This document shows positions 42,965 through 51,515 of a DNA stretch of 64,000 bases, piece by piece. The stretch is taken from contig CAWFLS010000021.1 in the NCBI GenBank assembly GCA_963816675.1, positions 206,242-270,241 on the forward strand. Direction: 5' to 3'. The first letter of the stretch is position 1; every line of letters begins with the position of its first letter. Made by a program: the position numbers and the translations under genes. A model generated the notes under the pieces. The model had not been told where the DNA came from, made no database searches, and was given only the letters and a program-made list of their open reading frames with translations. Origin of the DNA: an uncultured Chloroflexia bacterium. Its GTDB lineage: Bacteria; Chloroflexota; Limnocylindria; Limnocylindrales; CSP1-4.

Positions 42965-43927
42965 ATGGAGGCTGGCGTGACGGACCTACGGCTGGGTATA
43001 GCCCTGTGGAGCCAGGCGAGCGACTGGCCGACGTTCCTCGCGGCGGCCCGCCGCGCCGAAGAGCTCGGCTACGATCACCTCTGGACCTGGGACCACCTCT
43101 ACGCGATCTTCGGCGACCCGCACCAGCCGATCCACGAGGGCTACACAGCTCTTGCGGCTGTCGCCCAGGCGACATCGCGGATCCGGCTCGGTCTGTTCGT
43201 CGGTGCGAATACCTTCCGAAACCCGGGGCTGGCGACGAAGTCCGTCGTCACCATCGACCACATCAGCGACGGCCGGGCGATCCTCGGCATCGGTGCGGCC
43301 TGGTTCGAGGGCGAGCACACAGCGTTCGGCTTCGACTTCGGGTCGGGATTCGGTCAGCGGCTCGACTGGCTGGCGGAGTCGGTCCCGGCCATTCGGACCT
43401 TGCTCGACGGTGGTCAGGTCACGAGCGAGCCCGGCGGACGCTACGCGTTCGAGGCGCTCCAGATCGCGCCGCTGCCCGTCCAGCCTCACCTGCCGATGAT
43501 GATCGGCGGGGCCGGTGAGCGAAAGACGCTCAGGATCGTGGCCGAGTACGCCGACATGTGGAACCTGTTCGGCACCCCGGAAACGGTCGAGCACAAGGAC
43601 GCCGTGCTGCGCGCCCACTGCGCCGAGATCGGTCGCGACTCCGACGCCATCGAACGAACGCTCGGCTGCAAGCCCGTCATCCGCGCGACCGCCGCAGAGG
43701 CGCAGCGCGCATTCGAGGATCTCCTCGAGCGGAACCGGACGCCGGCCTCGCGGATGGAGGGCGACGTGTCCGTCTGGGTCGGGACGCCTGAGCAGATCGC
43801 CGAGAAGATCCTGTCCTACCGCCGGGTCGGTTTCCACACGTTCATCGCCGAGTTGCCGGCCCCGTACGATCTCGAGACGATGGAGTCGCTGATGAACGTC
43901 GTCAAGCCGATGGTCGAGAGTGCGTAG
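42965..43927 (+). CDS. LLM-class (luciferase-like) F420-dependent oxidoreductase, intact
   Basis: LRLGIALWSQASDWPTFLAAARRAEELGYDHLWTWDHLYAIFGDP...EGYTALAAVAQATSRIRLGLFVGANTFRNPGLATKSVVTIDHISDGRAILGIGAAWFEGEHTAFG...MMIGGAGERKTLRIVAEYADMWN. Confidence 0.8.
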   Translation: MEAGVTDLRLGIALWSQASDWPTFLAAARRAEELGYDHLWTWDHLYAIFGDPHQPIHEGYTALAAVAQATSRIRLGLFVGANTFRNPGLATKSVVTIDHISDGRAILGIGAAWFEGEHTAFGFDFGSGFGQRLDWLAESVPAIRTLLDGGQVTSEPGGRYAFEALQIAPLPVQPHLPMMIGGAGERKTLRIVAEYADMWNLFGTPETVEHKDAVLRAHCAEIGRDSDAIERTLGCKPVIRATAAEAQRAFEDLLERNRTPASRMEGDVSVWVGTPEQIAEKILSYRRVGFHTFIAELPAPYDLETMESLMNVVKPMVESA

Positions 43928-43934
43928 GCAGCAG

Positions 43935-44690
43935 ATGTCGTTGCCGATGCTTCGCGAGCACGTCTGCCAGGCGAACCTCGACCTCGTCGCGGCCGGCCTC
44001 GTCAGCCTGTCGTTCGGGAACGCGAGCGGCGTCGACCGCGACGCGGGCGTTATGGCGATCAAGCCGAGCGGCGTCGACTACGCGACGCTGACGCCCGACG
44101 ACATCGTCCTGGTGGGCTTGTCGGACGGGCGGATCATCGAGGGTGCGCTGCGACCGTCGTCCGACACGCCGACGCATCTGGCGCTCTACCGTCGCTTTGC
44201 CTCGATCGGTGGCGTCGTCCACACCCATTCGCCGTTCGCTGCCGCGTGGGCCCAGGCGGGGCGATCGATCCCCTGCCTCGGGACGACCCACGCCGACCAT
44301 TTCGCGGGCCCGATCCCGGTGACGAGATCGCTGTCCGACGCCGAGATCTCCGGTGACTACGAATTCGAGACGGGTGCCGTCATCGTGGAGACGATCGACG
44401 GGGTTGGGCCACGATCCGCTCGCGATGCCGGCCGCCTGGTCGCTTCGCATGGGCCGTTCACGTGGGGATCGGACGCGCGAGATGCCGCTCGGAACGCGAT
44501 CGCCCTCGAGATCGTGGCCGCGATGGCGTACCACACGGTCGTGCTCCACTCTGCCGTGGAGCCGATCGGGAGCGCGCTTCTGGGCAAGCACTTTGCACGG
44601 AAGCACGGGCCAAGCGCGTATTACGGCCAGCCCGAGCCGCCGACGCTTGAGGACGCTCCGACTCCACGGGCCCTCGGACGTCCGGCTTGA
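43935..44690 (+). CDS. araD: L-ribulose-5-phosphate 4-epimerase (a compensating pair of indels at ~44400 and ~44436)
   Basis: MSLPMLREHVCQANLDLVAAGLVSLSFGNASGVDRDAGVMAIKPSGVDYATLTPDDIV...PSSDTPTHLALYRRFASIGGVVHTHSPFAAAWAQAGRSIPCLGTTHADHFAGPIPVTR...SGDYEFETG...HGPFTWG...LGKHFARKHGPSAYYGQ. Confidence 0.85.
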   Translation: MSLPMLREHVCQANLDLVAAGLVSLSFGNASGVDRDAGVMAIKPSGVDYATLTPDDIVLVGLSDGRIIEGALRPSSDTPTHLALYRRFASIGGVVHTHSPFAAAWAQAGRSIPCLGTTHADHFAGPIPVTRSLSDAEISGDYEFETGAVIVETIDGVGPRSARDAGRLVASHGPFTWGSDARDAARNAIALEIVAAMAYHTVVLHSAVEPIGSALLGKHFARKHGPSAYYGQPEPPTLEDAPTPRALGRPA

Positions 44691-45635
44691 GGATGAGCGA
44701 TGACCCGATCCCAGGACCCGGAGAAGAGCTGGTCCGAGTGGCGGCCGTCGGTCTCTGTGGCACGGACCGGCACTGGTACACGCACGGCCTCCTACCCGGG
44801 GCCGTTCCCGGGCACGCACTGGTCCTCGGGCACGAGGTCGCCGGGGTCGTCGCCTCCGGCCCGCGTCGCGGCCTCCGCGTGGCGGTCGATCCCGCTGACC
44901 CCTGCGAGCGCTGCGAGCTCTGCCTGACGGGTCGGGGGAACCTCTGCCCGAACGTCCGCTTCCTTGGCTTCGGCGACACCGACGGCGGACTGCGCACGCT
45001 CCTTGCCTGGCCGGCCCACCTCCTGCTGCCGCTCCCCGAATTCGGTCGACACCGCCGCCGCGGTGCTCCTCGAACCGCTCGGTGTCGCGATCCATGCGCT
45101 CGATCTTGGGAAGGCCCGAGGCGGCATGTCGGCCGGCGTGTTCGGGTGCGGGCCGATCGGCCTTCTGCTCATCCAGGCGCTTCGAGCGATCGGCTGTCGG
45201 CCGATCGTCGCGACCGATCCGCTCCCGCATCGCCGCGCCGCCGCGACCGCATCGGAGCCGATGTCGTGGCCGAACCGGGCGCTGCCGACCTGCCGGTCGT
45301 CGATGTCGCCTTCGAAGTCGCCGGCGAGGACGCGGCGATCGCCGACGCGGTCGATCACGTGCGACCCGGTGGTCGCGTCGTGCTGGCGGGCATCCCCGAT
45401 TCGGATCGCGTCGTCATCCCGGCAGCCGCGGCGCGTCGGAAGGGGTTGACGCATGCTCCTCGTGCGCCGGATGGCCCCGACGGACCTGGCACGTGCACTG
45501 CGGATGACCGAGTCGGGCCTCGTCGCGCTTCCGCCGCTGATCAGCGATCGCTACCCACTCGAGGAGGCCGGCTCTGCCTTCGAGCGGCTGGTCGACCGGG
45601 GTGGGCTCAAGGTGGTCGTGGAACTCCCCACCTGA
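44647..45635 (+). CDS. zinc-dependent medium-chain dehydrogenase (sorbitol/polyol/L-threonine dehydrogenase-like; frame breaks; TTG start inferred)
   Basis: (L)RTLRLHGPSDVRLEDE / PIPGPGEELVRVAAVGLCGTDRHWY...GHALVLGHEVAGVV...PCERCELCLTGRGNLCPN / AAAVLLEPLGVAIHAL...GVFGCGPIGLLLIQALRAIG / VDVAFEVAGEDAAIADAVDHVRPGGRVVLAGIP / PLISDRYPLEEAGSAFERL. Confidence 0.75.
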
Positions 45636-46720
45636 GGCCGGGCCGTCAGCCTGGCGGAGACGCCGTCGATTCGCCGAACGACCAGCGTCGGCAGGATCAG
45701 CTTGACGCTCGGCTCGGGAGCCGGACCGGTCTGTCCGATACGCTCGATCGCCATCTGCACGCCGGCCGCGATGATCTCAGCCGTCGGCATCCGAAGTGTC
45801 GTCAGCGCCGGGACCGTGTGACTGGCGAGGAAGATGTCGTCGAACCCGACGACCGACAGATCGCGCGGGACCGACCGGCCGAGCTCATGCGCGCCATGCA
45901 GGACACCGAACGCGAGCGTGTCGGTCGAGGTCATGAGGGCGGTCGGTGGCTCGTCCAGCGACATCAGGGTCCGGACGGCCCGGTCGCCGCCCGCCGGCGT
46001 GTTCGGGACCTGGACGACGTGGCCGTCCGGGACGCCACCAAAGCGGTCACGCATGAACCCGAGGAATGCGGCCTCGCGCTCGCGGAGGTCGCCGAATCGG
46101 CGGCCGCTGACGAACCCGATGCGGCGGTGACCGAGGCCGACGAGATGCTCGAGCCCGGCCAGCACGCCCGCGTCGTTGTCCACGTCGACCGCCGGAAGCT
46201 CGAGCAGGCTGGAGCCCTGCCATAGCGCGACGACGGGCACCAACGAGTCGTGGAGATCGGCGAGCAGCTGCGGTTGGTCCTGCATGTCACCGAGCAGGAC
46301 GATCGCGTCGCAGTGGCGGGTCTCGAGGACCGAGGTCAGCGCGTATGCCTCGTCGGCACGCCCGTGTGCATTGCCGAGCACCACGTTGTAGCCGCGCGCC
46401 ATGGCCTCGACCGAGAGCGCTTCGATGGCGCCGGCGAAGAACGGATCGGTGATGTCGCGAACGACCGCGCCGAGCAGCATCGTCGCCGCGCCTCGAAGTC
46501 CCCGAGCGAGCGGGTTCGGTCGGTAGCCGAGACGCTTGGCCGCGGCGCGGACGCGCTCTCGGGTCTCGGGCGCGATCGGCACTCGTGTCGGCGCGTTGTT
46601 GAGCACCCGCGAGACCGTGCTCTGCGAAACGTTCGACGCGATGGCGATGTCGCGCATCGTCGCAACGCCGGCCGGTGGCCTGCTGCCGCCGCGCTGTTCG
46701 ATGCCGTCGTCCCCACTCAT
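45551..46720 (-). CDS. LacI-family transcriptional regulator (the true stop is probably ~45646 after a 1-nt indel)
   Basis: ATMRDIAIASNVSQSTVSRVLNNAPTRVPIAPETRERVRAAAKRLGYRPNPLARGLRG (HTH)...VVLGNAHG...IGFVSG...ALMTSTDTLAFGVLHGAHELGRSVPRDLSVVGFDD. Removing one base near 45670 gives the typical LacI ending LVVRESTASPPG*. Confidence 0.85.
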   Translation of the reverse strand: MSGDDGIEQRGGSRPPAGVATMRDIAIASNVSQSTVSRVLNNAPTRVPIAPETRERVRAAAKRLGYRPNPLARGLRGAATMLLGAVVRDITDPFFAGAIEALSVEAMARGYNVVLGNAHGRADEAYALTSVLETRHCDAIVLLGDMQDQPQLLADLHDSLVPVVALWQGSSLLELPAVDVDNDAGVLAGLEHLVGLGHRRIGFVSGRRFGDLREREAAFLGFMRDRFGGVPDGHVVQVPNTPAGGDRAVRTLMSLDEPPTALMTSTDTLAFGVLHGAHELGRSVPRDLSVVGFDDIFLASHTVPALTTLRMPTAEIIAAGVQMAIERIGQTGPAPEPSVKLILPTLVVRRIDGVSARLTARPQVGSSTTTLSPPRSTSRSKAEPASSSG

Positions 46721-46996
46721 CGCGGCAAGCCTAGCACCGAGATGCGGTCATTCGTTTGCATATTCAGCCGCGCTGCGGGTGCTCTCGAGCGGCATCCGAG
46801 GCGCCCCGGCGTCCAGAGATCGAGCTGTTGCCGGCGGATGCCGCTCTCGAGCAGGGGCTCGTCGATCACCGAGTGAGGAGTCCGGATGTCGGCGACGAGC
46901 TTTTCTCGGCCCCCGAATTGACGCTTCCCGAGGCCGGGCGTTACCTTGGCCTGCCCCACCCAGTACCCCGCCGCGACTCTTCAGGAGGAGCCCTCC

Positions 46997-48058
46997 ATGC
47001 GTCCCGCGTCACGCCGCGCCGTCCTCGCCGTCCTGGCCACTTCGCTCGCGATCGCCGCCCCGTCGGTGGTCATCGCGAAGCCGGCAACCGGCTGCACGAG
47101 CGGCAATGCCCTCGTGTTCCTGCCCAATCCGGTGGTTACCTCGGGTAACGAGGACCTGACGGACCAGAAAGACGCGGACCAGGCGGTCCTCAACGACGAA
47201 CGCGTCGCCGTGACGCTGACGGGCCTCGACGGTTCAGGCTACCTGCGCGGGAAGTGGGCCACCGTCGCCAGCGAGACGGGAGACCCGGCCTATTCGACGC
47301 CGGGAGCCGGTTGCAGCTTCGAGTACACGCGCCATGACGACCGCTTCGAGCAGGTCATGGCCTACTACTGGGTGACCCGGTCGCAGGACTATCTCCAGAC
47401 GCTCGGCTTCAACGGGCGCCAGCGGCCGCTGGTCAACGGCGACCAGCAGCGTGTCCGGATCAACCAGTGGGGCCTCGACAATTCGTTTGCCACCGACCAT
47501 CCCAAGGACGAGATGCGGTTCGGCAAGGGCGGCGTCGACGATGCCGAGGACGGGGAGGTGATCCTCCACGAGCTCGGCCACCAGATCCATTTCAGCCAGT
47601 CGGCGACGTTCTTCGCGAGCACCGAGGCGGGCTCGATCAGCGAGGGTTTCGGCGACTACTGGGCGGCCACGGTCAGCGAATGGGCGATGGACCAGGCGGG
47701 CGTGAACGGCCTCGTAACGCCCGTCTGCATCATGGACTGGGACTCGACCTCGTACACCGACGGACCCGTTCACTGCCTGCGCAGACTCGACTCGACGCGG
47801 ATGTACCCGGGTGGTCTGACAGGTGAGGTCCATCGAGACGGCACGATCTGGTCTCACGCGCTGTGGAACCTGCGCGGAGCGATCGGCGCGACGCATGCCG
47901 ACACCGCCATCCTGCTCGCCCAGTTCGGCTGGACGGGCACGACGATGCCGGATCTCGCCGGCCGCATCGTAGCCGCCGTGGGCAACCAATACGGTCCGGG
48001 TCAGGCGGCGCTCGCGGTCGCCGCCTTCACGGAGCGCGGAATAGTCCCAACGCCTTAG
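46997..48058 (+). CDS. secreted zinc metalloprotease (HExxH; thermolysin/fungalysin-like clan MA), intact
   Basis: AGGAGGA lies upstream of ATG 46997. Signal peptide: MRPASRRAVLAVLATSLAIAAPSVVIA. Other motifs: GEVILHELGHQIH (HExxH) and AGSISEGFGDYWA (downstream Glu ligand motif). Confidence 0.65.
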   Translation: MRPASRRAVLAVLATSLAIAAPSVVIAKPATGCTSGNALVFLPNPVVTSGNEDLTDQKDADQAVLNDERVAVTLTGLDGSGYLRGKWATVASETGDPAYSTPGAGCSFEYTRHDDRFEQVMAYYWVTRSQDYLQTLGFNGRQRPLVNGDQQRVRINQWGLDNSFATDHPKDEMRFGKGGVDDAEDGEVILHELGHQIHFSQSATFFASTEAGSISEGFGDYWAATVSEWAMDQAGVNGLVTPVCIMDWDSTSYTDGPVHCLRRLDSTRMYPGGLTGEVHRDGTIWSHALWNLRGAIGATHADTAILLAQFGWTGTTMPDLAGRIVAAVGNQYGPGQAALAVAAFTERGIVPTP

Positions 48059-48260
48059 GGCGGCCGTCACCGTCTACGGCTACCCTAGGCGTCCGTCTTC
48101 GAATCCTTCGGCGCCGCTCGGGTAGCGCACGCGGTCATGCGACGAGGCGGAGGCGACCCGCCTTCGCCCGGCCGGCGTCTTTCACACGGGATCGCGGGTC
48201 CAGGACCAGAGTCGGGACGATGACAGGCTAGTTGACGCCGCTTATCCCAGACTTATCCGT

Positions 48261-48371
48261 ATGGACCTATTCGTCATCGTGGTCGTGGTCTTCGCGTTGG
48301 TGGGCGTGTTCGTTGGGTGGCTTGTGTGGTGGGTCGTCCAACGTGACGAAGACCGACACCGTCGCGACTGA
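48261..48371 (+). CDS. possible small hydrophobic protein (36 aa)
   Basis: MDLFVIVVVVFALVGVFVGWLVWWVVQRDEDRHRRD*. It has one TM helix plus a charged tail. It lies in a locally AT-richer, otherwise non-coding stretch next to tRNA-Asn. I saw no clear RBS, so this is speculative. Confidence 0.25.
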   Translation: MDLFVIVVVVFALVGVFVGWLVWWVVQRDEDRHRRD

Positions 48372-48459
48372 CCTCGCCGGTCGAGCCGACCCCGAGCGCA
48401 ACGGGGTCGTCGAGGGTGGCCCAGAGCAGCCCGAAGTAGGGCCGATTCGTTCAGGAAAG

Positions 48460-48534
48460 TGGCTCCGGCGGTAGGACTCGAACCTACGACCAAGCGGTTA
48501 ACAGCCGCCCGCTCTACCACTGAGCTACGCCGGA
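48460..48534 (-). tRNA. tRNA-Asn (anticodon GTT), CCA encoded
   Basis: Reverse complement: TCCGGCG-TA-GCTC-AGTGGTA-GAGC-G-GGCGG-CTGTTAA-CCGCT-TGGTC-GTAGG-TTCGAGT-CCTAC-CGCCGGA-G-CCA. It folds as a canonical cloverleaf, has the TTCGA T-loop, and is 75 nt long. Confidence 0.9.
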
Positions 48535-48705
48535 GCGAAGGACGCGAGGGCCGGAGCGATCGTCCGAGCCGCAGGCGTCATGGGCGCCGGGTCGGCGCCG
48601 GGCGACAGGATAGCACGGGCCCGTGCGCAGCGGGCTCGATGTGTCAGTCATGCCGGCCCGACGGCGAATCGGTGGATAAGCGGCGCGCTGCCATACTCTC
48701 GACCG

Positions 48706-49592
48706 GTGACCGACCAGACGCCGTTCGCCCCTGATCTCGCCGGAGGCTCTTGCCGGCCGACTCGACGAGCCGCGATCTGCGGATCTTCGACGTCCGCTGG
48801 GTGCTCGGGAAACCGGGACGCGGCCGCGACGCCTACGACGCCGGACACATCCCGGGCGCCGTCTTCGTCGATCTCGACACGGCGCTGGCCGCGCGCGAGG
48901 GACCCGGTCGCCATCCACTCCCCTCCCCGACCGACTTCCGGGCGACGATGGAGGCCCTCGGCGTCGGCTCGGACGACGAGGTCGTGGCCTACGACGATGC
49001 CGGCGGCACGATCGCGGCGCGACTGTGGTGGATGCTCGACGACCTCGGGCACGCGAGCGTGTCGCGTGCTCGATGGCGGATATCCGGCGTGGCTGGCCGC
49101 CGGGCCTGCCGACCACGACCGACGATGCCCGTCGTGGTCCGCGCGACGCCGCCCGGGCAGCCTGCGCCTGCACGACGCCTGGACGAAGACGATCGACCGC
49201 GACGCGCTCGCGGCCGAAGCTCGGTCGCGTCGTCCTCCTCGATGCCCGGGCGGAACCGCGCTATCGAGGCGAAGTCGAGCCGATCGACGCCGTCGCGGGC
49301 CACATCCCGACCGCGATCAGCGCCCCATCGAGCGGTTCGCTCGCGACCTGACGGTCGGATGCTCGAGGCAGGCGACCTCGCTGCGCGGTTCGGATCGCTC
49401 GGGGCCGACGGGACGACCGGTCCCGTCGTCACCTCGTGCGGCAGCGGTATCACGGCCTGTCATATCAGCCTCGCGATGCGAGCGGCGGGTCTACAGCGAC
49501 CCGCTGCTTGTACCCCGGTTCGTACAGCGACTGGACGCAGTCCGACATGCCGGTCGCGGTCGGACCCGAGCCCGGGCGTCCCGCCAGGGTGA
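48706..49592 (+). CDS. thiosulfate/3-mercaptopyruvate sulfurtransferase (tandem rhodanese; frame breaks; 3' end approximate)
   Basis: DLRIFDVRWVLGKPGRGRDAYDAGHIPGAVFVDLDTALA...GRHPLPSPTDFRATMEALGVGSDDEVVAYDDAGGTIAARLWWML / VLLDARAEPRYRGEVEPIDAVAGHIPTAI / VVTSCGSGITACHISLAM (active-site CGSGxTA loop) / YPGSYSDW. Confidence 0.75.
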
Positions 49593-49700
49593 CCGAGGCG
49601 ACGACGTCGCCGCAGGTCTTTCGGACGCTGGCGCTTCTCTATCTCGTCACGAACGCGCGATACGGATCAGGCGTCAGGCGCCGACGAGCTCCAGCGCGTC

Positions 49701-50366
49701 GTGACGCGCCCCGAGCGCGAGGCGGTGACGGCGGTGCTCGAATCGCTGCCGGCGACGGTCGCTGCCTGGAGCGACGGCCATGCCGCGCTCGAGCCGCTCG
49801 ACATCATCGAGGTCCGACGACCGCTCGGGACACTGTCCTCGAGCGGCGGCGGCCGCTGGTGGGCAGGGCCTCGAGACTGCCGGCCCGAGCTCGTCGGAGC
49901 ATGCGCCCGAGGGCCTCTACGACTCCGTGATCGTGCTCTGGCCGGCGTCGCCCGAGGTGCCGTTGTGCGGTTGGGGCTGCACGATCGGACCGACCGCGGA
50001 CGCCGGCGGCGCCGGCTTCACCTCGATCACGACCGACCATTGGCCGACCCTCGCCACGGATCCCGAACCCGGCCCAGGGCTACGTCCACGAGTGGCTGCA
50101 CCAGGTCGAAGCCGTCTACCGAGGGCTCGGCCTCGGCGAGGATGAGCTACCAAACCTCCACGACGCCGGCGCGTACACCTCGACCCGGGATCCCTCGACC
50201 CCGCCGTTCGGTCGCTCGTACGCCGACTACCACGACGGTTCCGACGGCCGGCCCAGGCGCCCGCACGTGGGCGCCCTGGTACCGAGACTGGATGACCGGC
50301 CGCCTCCGCCGCCTCGACGCGCAACGGAGCGTGACACCGCCATCTCCACCGAACCGATCGGCCTAA
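49701..50366 (+). CDS. hypothetical protein with an HExxH motif (frame breaks)
   Basis: Fragments: EGLYDSVIVLWPASPEVPLCGWGCTIGPTADAGGAGFTSITTDHWPTLATDPEP / QGYVHEWLHQVEAVYRGLGLGEDELPNLHDAGAYTSTRDPSTPPFGRSYADYHDGSDG / TWAPWYRDWMTGRL. I recognised no family. Confidence 0.35.
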   Translation: MTRPEREAVTAVLESLPATVAAWSDGHAALEPLDIIEVRRPLGTLSSSGGGRWWAGPRDCRPELVGACARGPLRLRDRALAGVARGAVVRLGLHDRTDRGRRRRRLHLDHDRPLADPRHGSRTRPRATSTSGCTRSKPSTEGSASARMSYQTSTTPARTPRPGIPRPRRSVARTPTTTTVPTAGPGARTWAPWYRDWMTGRLRRLDAQRSVTPPSPPNRSA

Positions 50367-50433
50367 CCCCCGACCGCTGGGCGCTCCGCTCTCGGTAAGC
50401 GCCACGTAAGCCGCCGCGGCACCATCAAGACGA

Positions 50434-51090
50434 ATGACCACCCGGCAGCGAACCATCGATTCAGCCGCGGCCCGAGGCCGAGCTGCGAATACCCGAATCC
50501 TTCAAGATCTGCGAAATCACCGCCTCGATCGTGGCATCGCGGGAGCCGACGTGGCTCGAGCTGCCGGCATCTCGCCTTCCCAGTACAGTCGCATCGAACG
50601 AGGCCTTTCGGGTCCGATCACCATCCAACAGGCCTGCATCTTCTTCGCCGTCCTCGGATACGACTTGTCGATCGCCCTCTACCCCGGCGGTCAGCCCTTG
50701 CGTGACGCGGCCCATGCGGCACTGCTTGAACGATTTCGCCTTCGACTCCACCGCGCTCTTCGGTTTCTGACCGAGGTTCCGTTTCCTGCCGCGAGCGATC
50801 GTCGAGCATGGGATGCCGTCGTTCGCGGACCCGACTGGCGCCATGGCGTGGAGGCCGAGACGCAGACCGCGCGACCGCCAGGCGCTCGAGCGGCGCCTCG
50901 CCCTCAAGCTCCGAGACGGCGATGTTTCGAGCATGACCCTCCTTCTGCTGGATTCCCGTCACAACCGCGACTTTGCTGCGGGCCGAACGGGGACGTCATG
51001 CGCGAACGCTTCCCGATTCCCGGCCAACGAGCGATGGAGCTCCTGAGCGCCGGGGTCAACCCGGGCGGTAACTCGATCGTTCTGCTTTGA
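50434..51090 (+). CDS. XRE-family helix-turn-helix transcriptional regulator with ~140-aa C-terminal domain (frame breaks ~50870-50990)
   Basis: LRNHRLDRGIAGADVARAAGISPSQYSRIERGLSGPITIQQACIFFAVLGYDLSIAL (HTH_XRE). Then RAWDAVVRGPDWRHGVEAET / RPRDRQALERRLALKLRDGDVSSMTLLLLDSRHNRDF / RERFPIPGQRAMELLSAGVNPGGNSIVLL. Confidence 0.7.
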   Translation: MTTRQRTIDSAAARGRAANTRILQDLRNHRLDRGIAGADVARAAGISPSQYSRIERGLSGPITIQQACIFFAVLGYDLSIALYPGGQPLRDAAHAALLERFRLRLHRALRFLTEVPFPAASDRRAWDAVVRGPDWRHGVEAETQTARPPGARAAPRPQAPRRRCFEHDPPSAGFPSQPRLCCGPNGDVMRERFPIPGQRAMELLSAGVNPGGNSIVLL

Positions 51091-51124
51091 TCGGAGCGCG
51101 AGATCGGGCTCGGCGTCCTGGTGC

Positions 51125-51200
51125 TTGCGTCCAGTGCACGTACGGTCGACGCGGAGACCCCGAGCGCCGGATCGGCAGCTCGATTGCGTCCAGCGCACGT
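51125..51200 (+). repeat. 17-nt direct repeat (16/17 identical) with 59-nt periodicity downstream of the XRE gene
   Basis: TTGCGTCCAGTGCACGT at 51125-51141 and TTGCGTCCAGCGCACGT at 51184-51200. Both lie within the 425-bp gap 51091-51515, where I recognised no gene. Confidence 0.4.
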
Positions 51201-51515
51201 CCGTGACTGAGCGTGGAGTGCCGCCGGCGCGGCGAGATCACGCCGAAAGTGTGCCGAATGCAACGATCGTGAGACCGCGCCGGCACAACGTGCATCTCGC
51301 GCAACCGACATTGGCGACTATTGCGCGAGTCGCAATTCGTCAACGGATTCGCGAGGTTTTGTCGGAACGAAAGCTCCGGTCCGGCGCTCGCCAAAGCCGT
51401 ACACACCGGCCCGGACCGGGTCAGTGCCGCGGCCGCGACCCGGTCCGCCGCGCCCGTCGCCTGGACACCGCCGCCGCCGCGGCGGTCCCACGGCCTCGCC
51501 GGCCGCGCGCCGGAA

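Noticed and set aside
48241-48680. TTATCC-containing words (48241-48258 and the complement of 48672-48680) as a possible oriC DnaA-box cluster.
   Set aside because: These are only partial matches (6-8 of 9) and few in number, with no AT-rich unwinding element. The better DnaA boxes are at 17965-18008.
46946-51515. A genomic island or prophage remnant integrated at tRNA-Asn.
   Set aside because: I recognised no integrase or recombinase and found no duplicate of the tRNA 3' end by eye. The flanking genes (rhodanese, protease) are ordinary. Only the XRE regulator and the small ORF look accessory. I could not run an exact repeat search, so this rejection is provisional.
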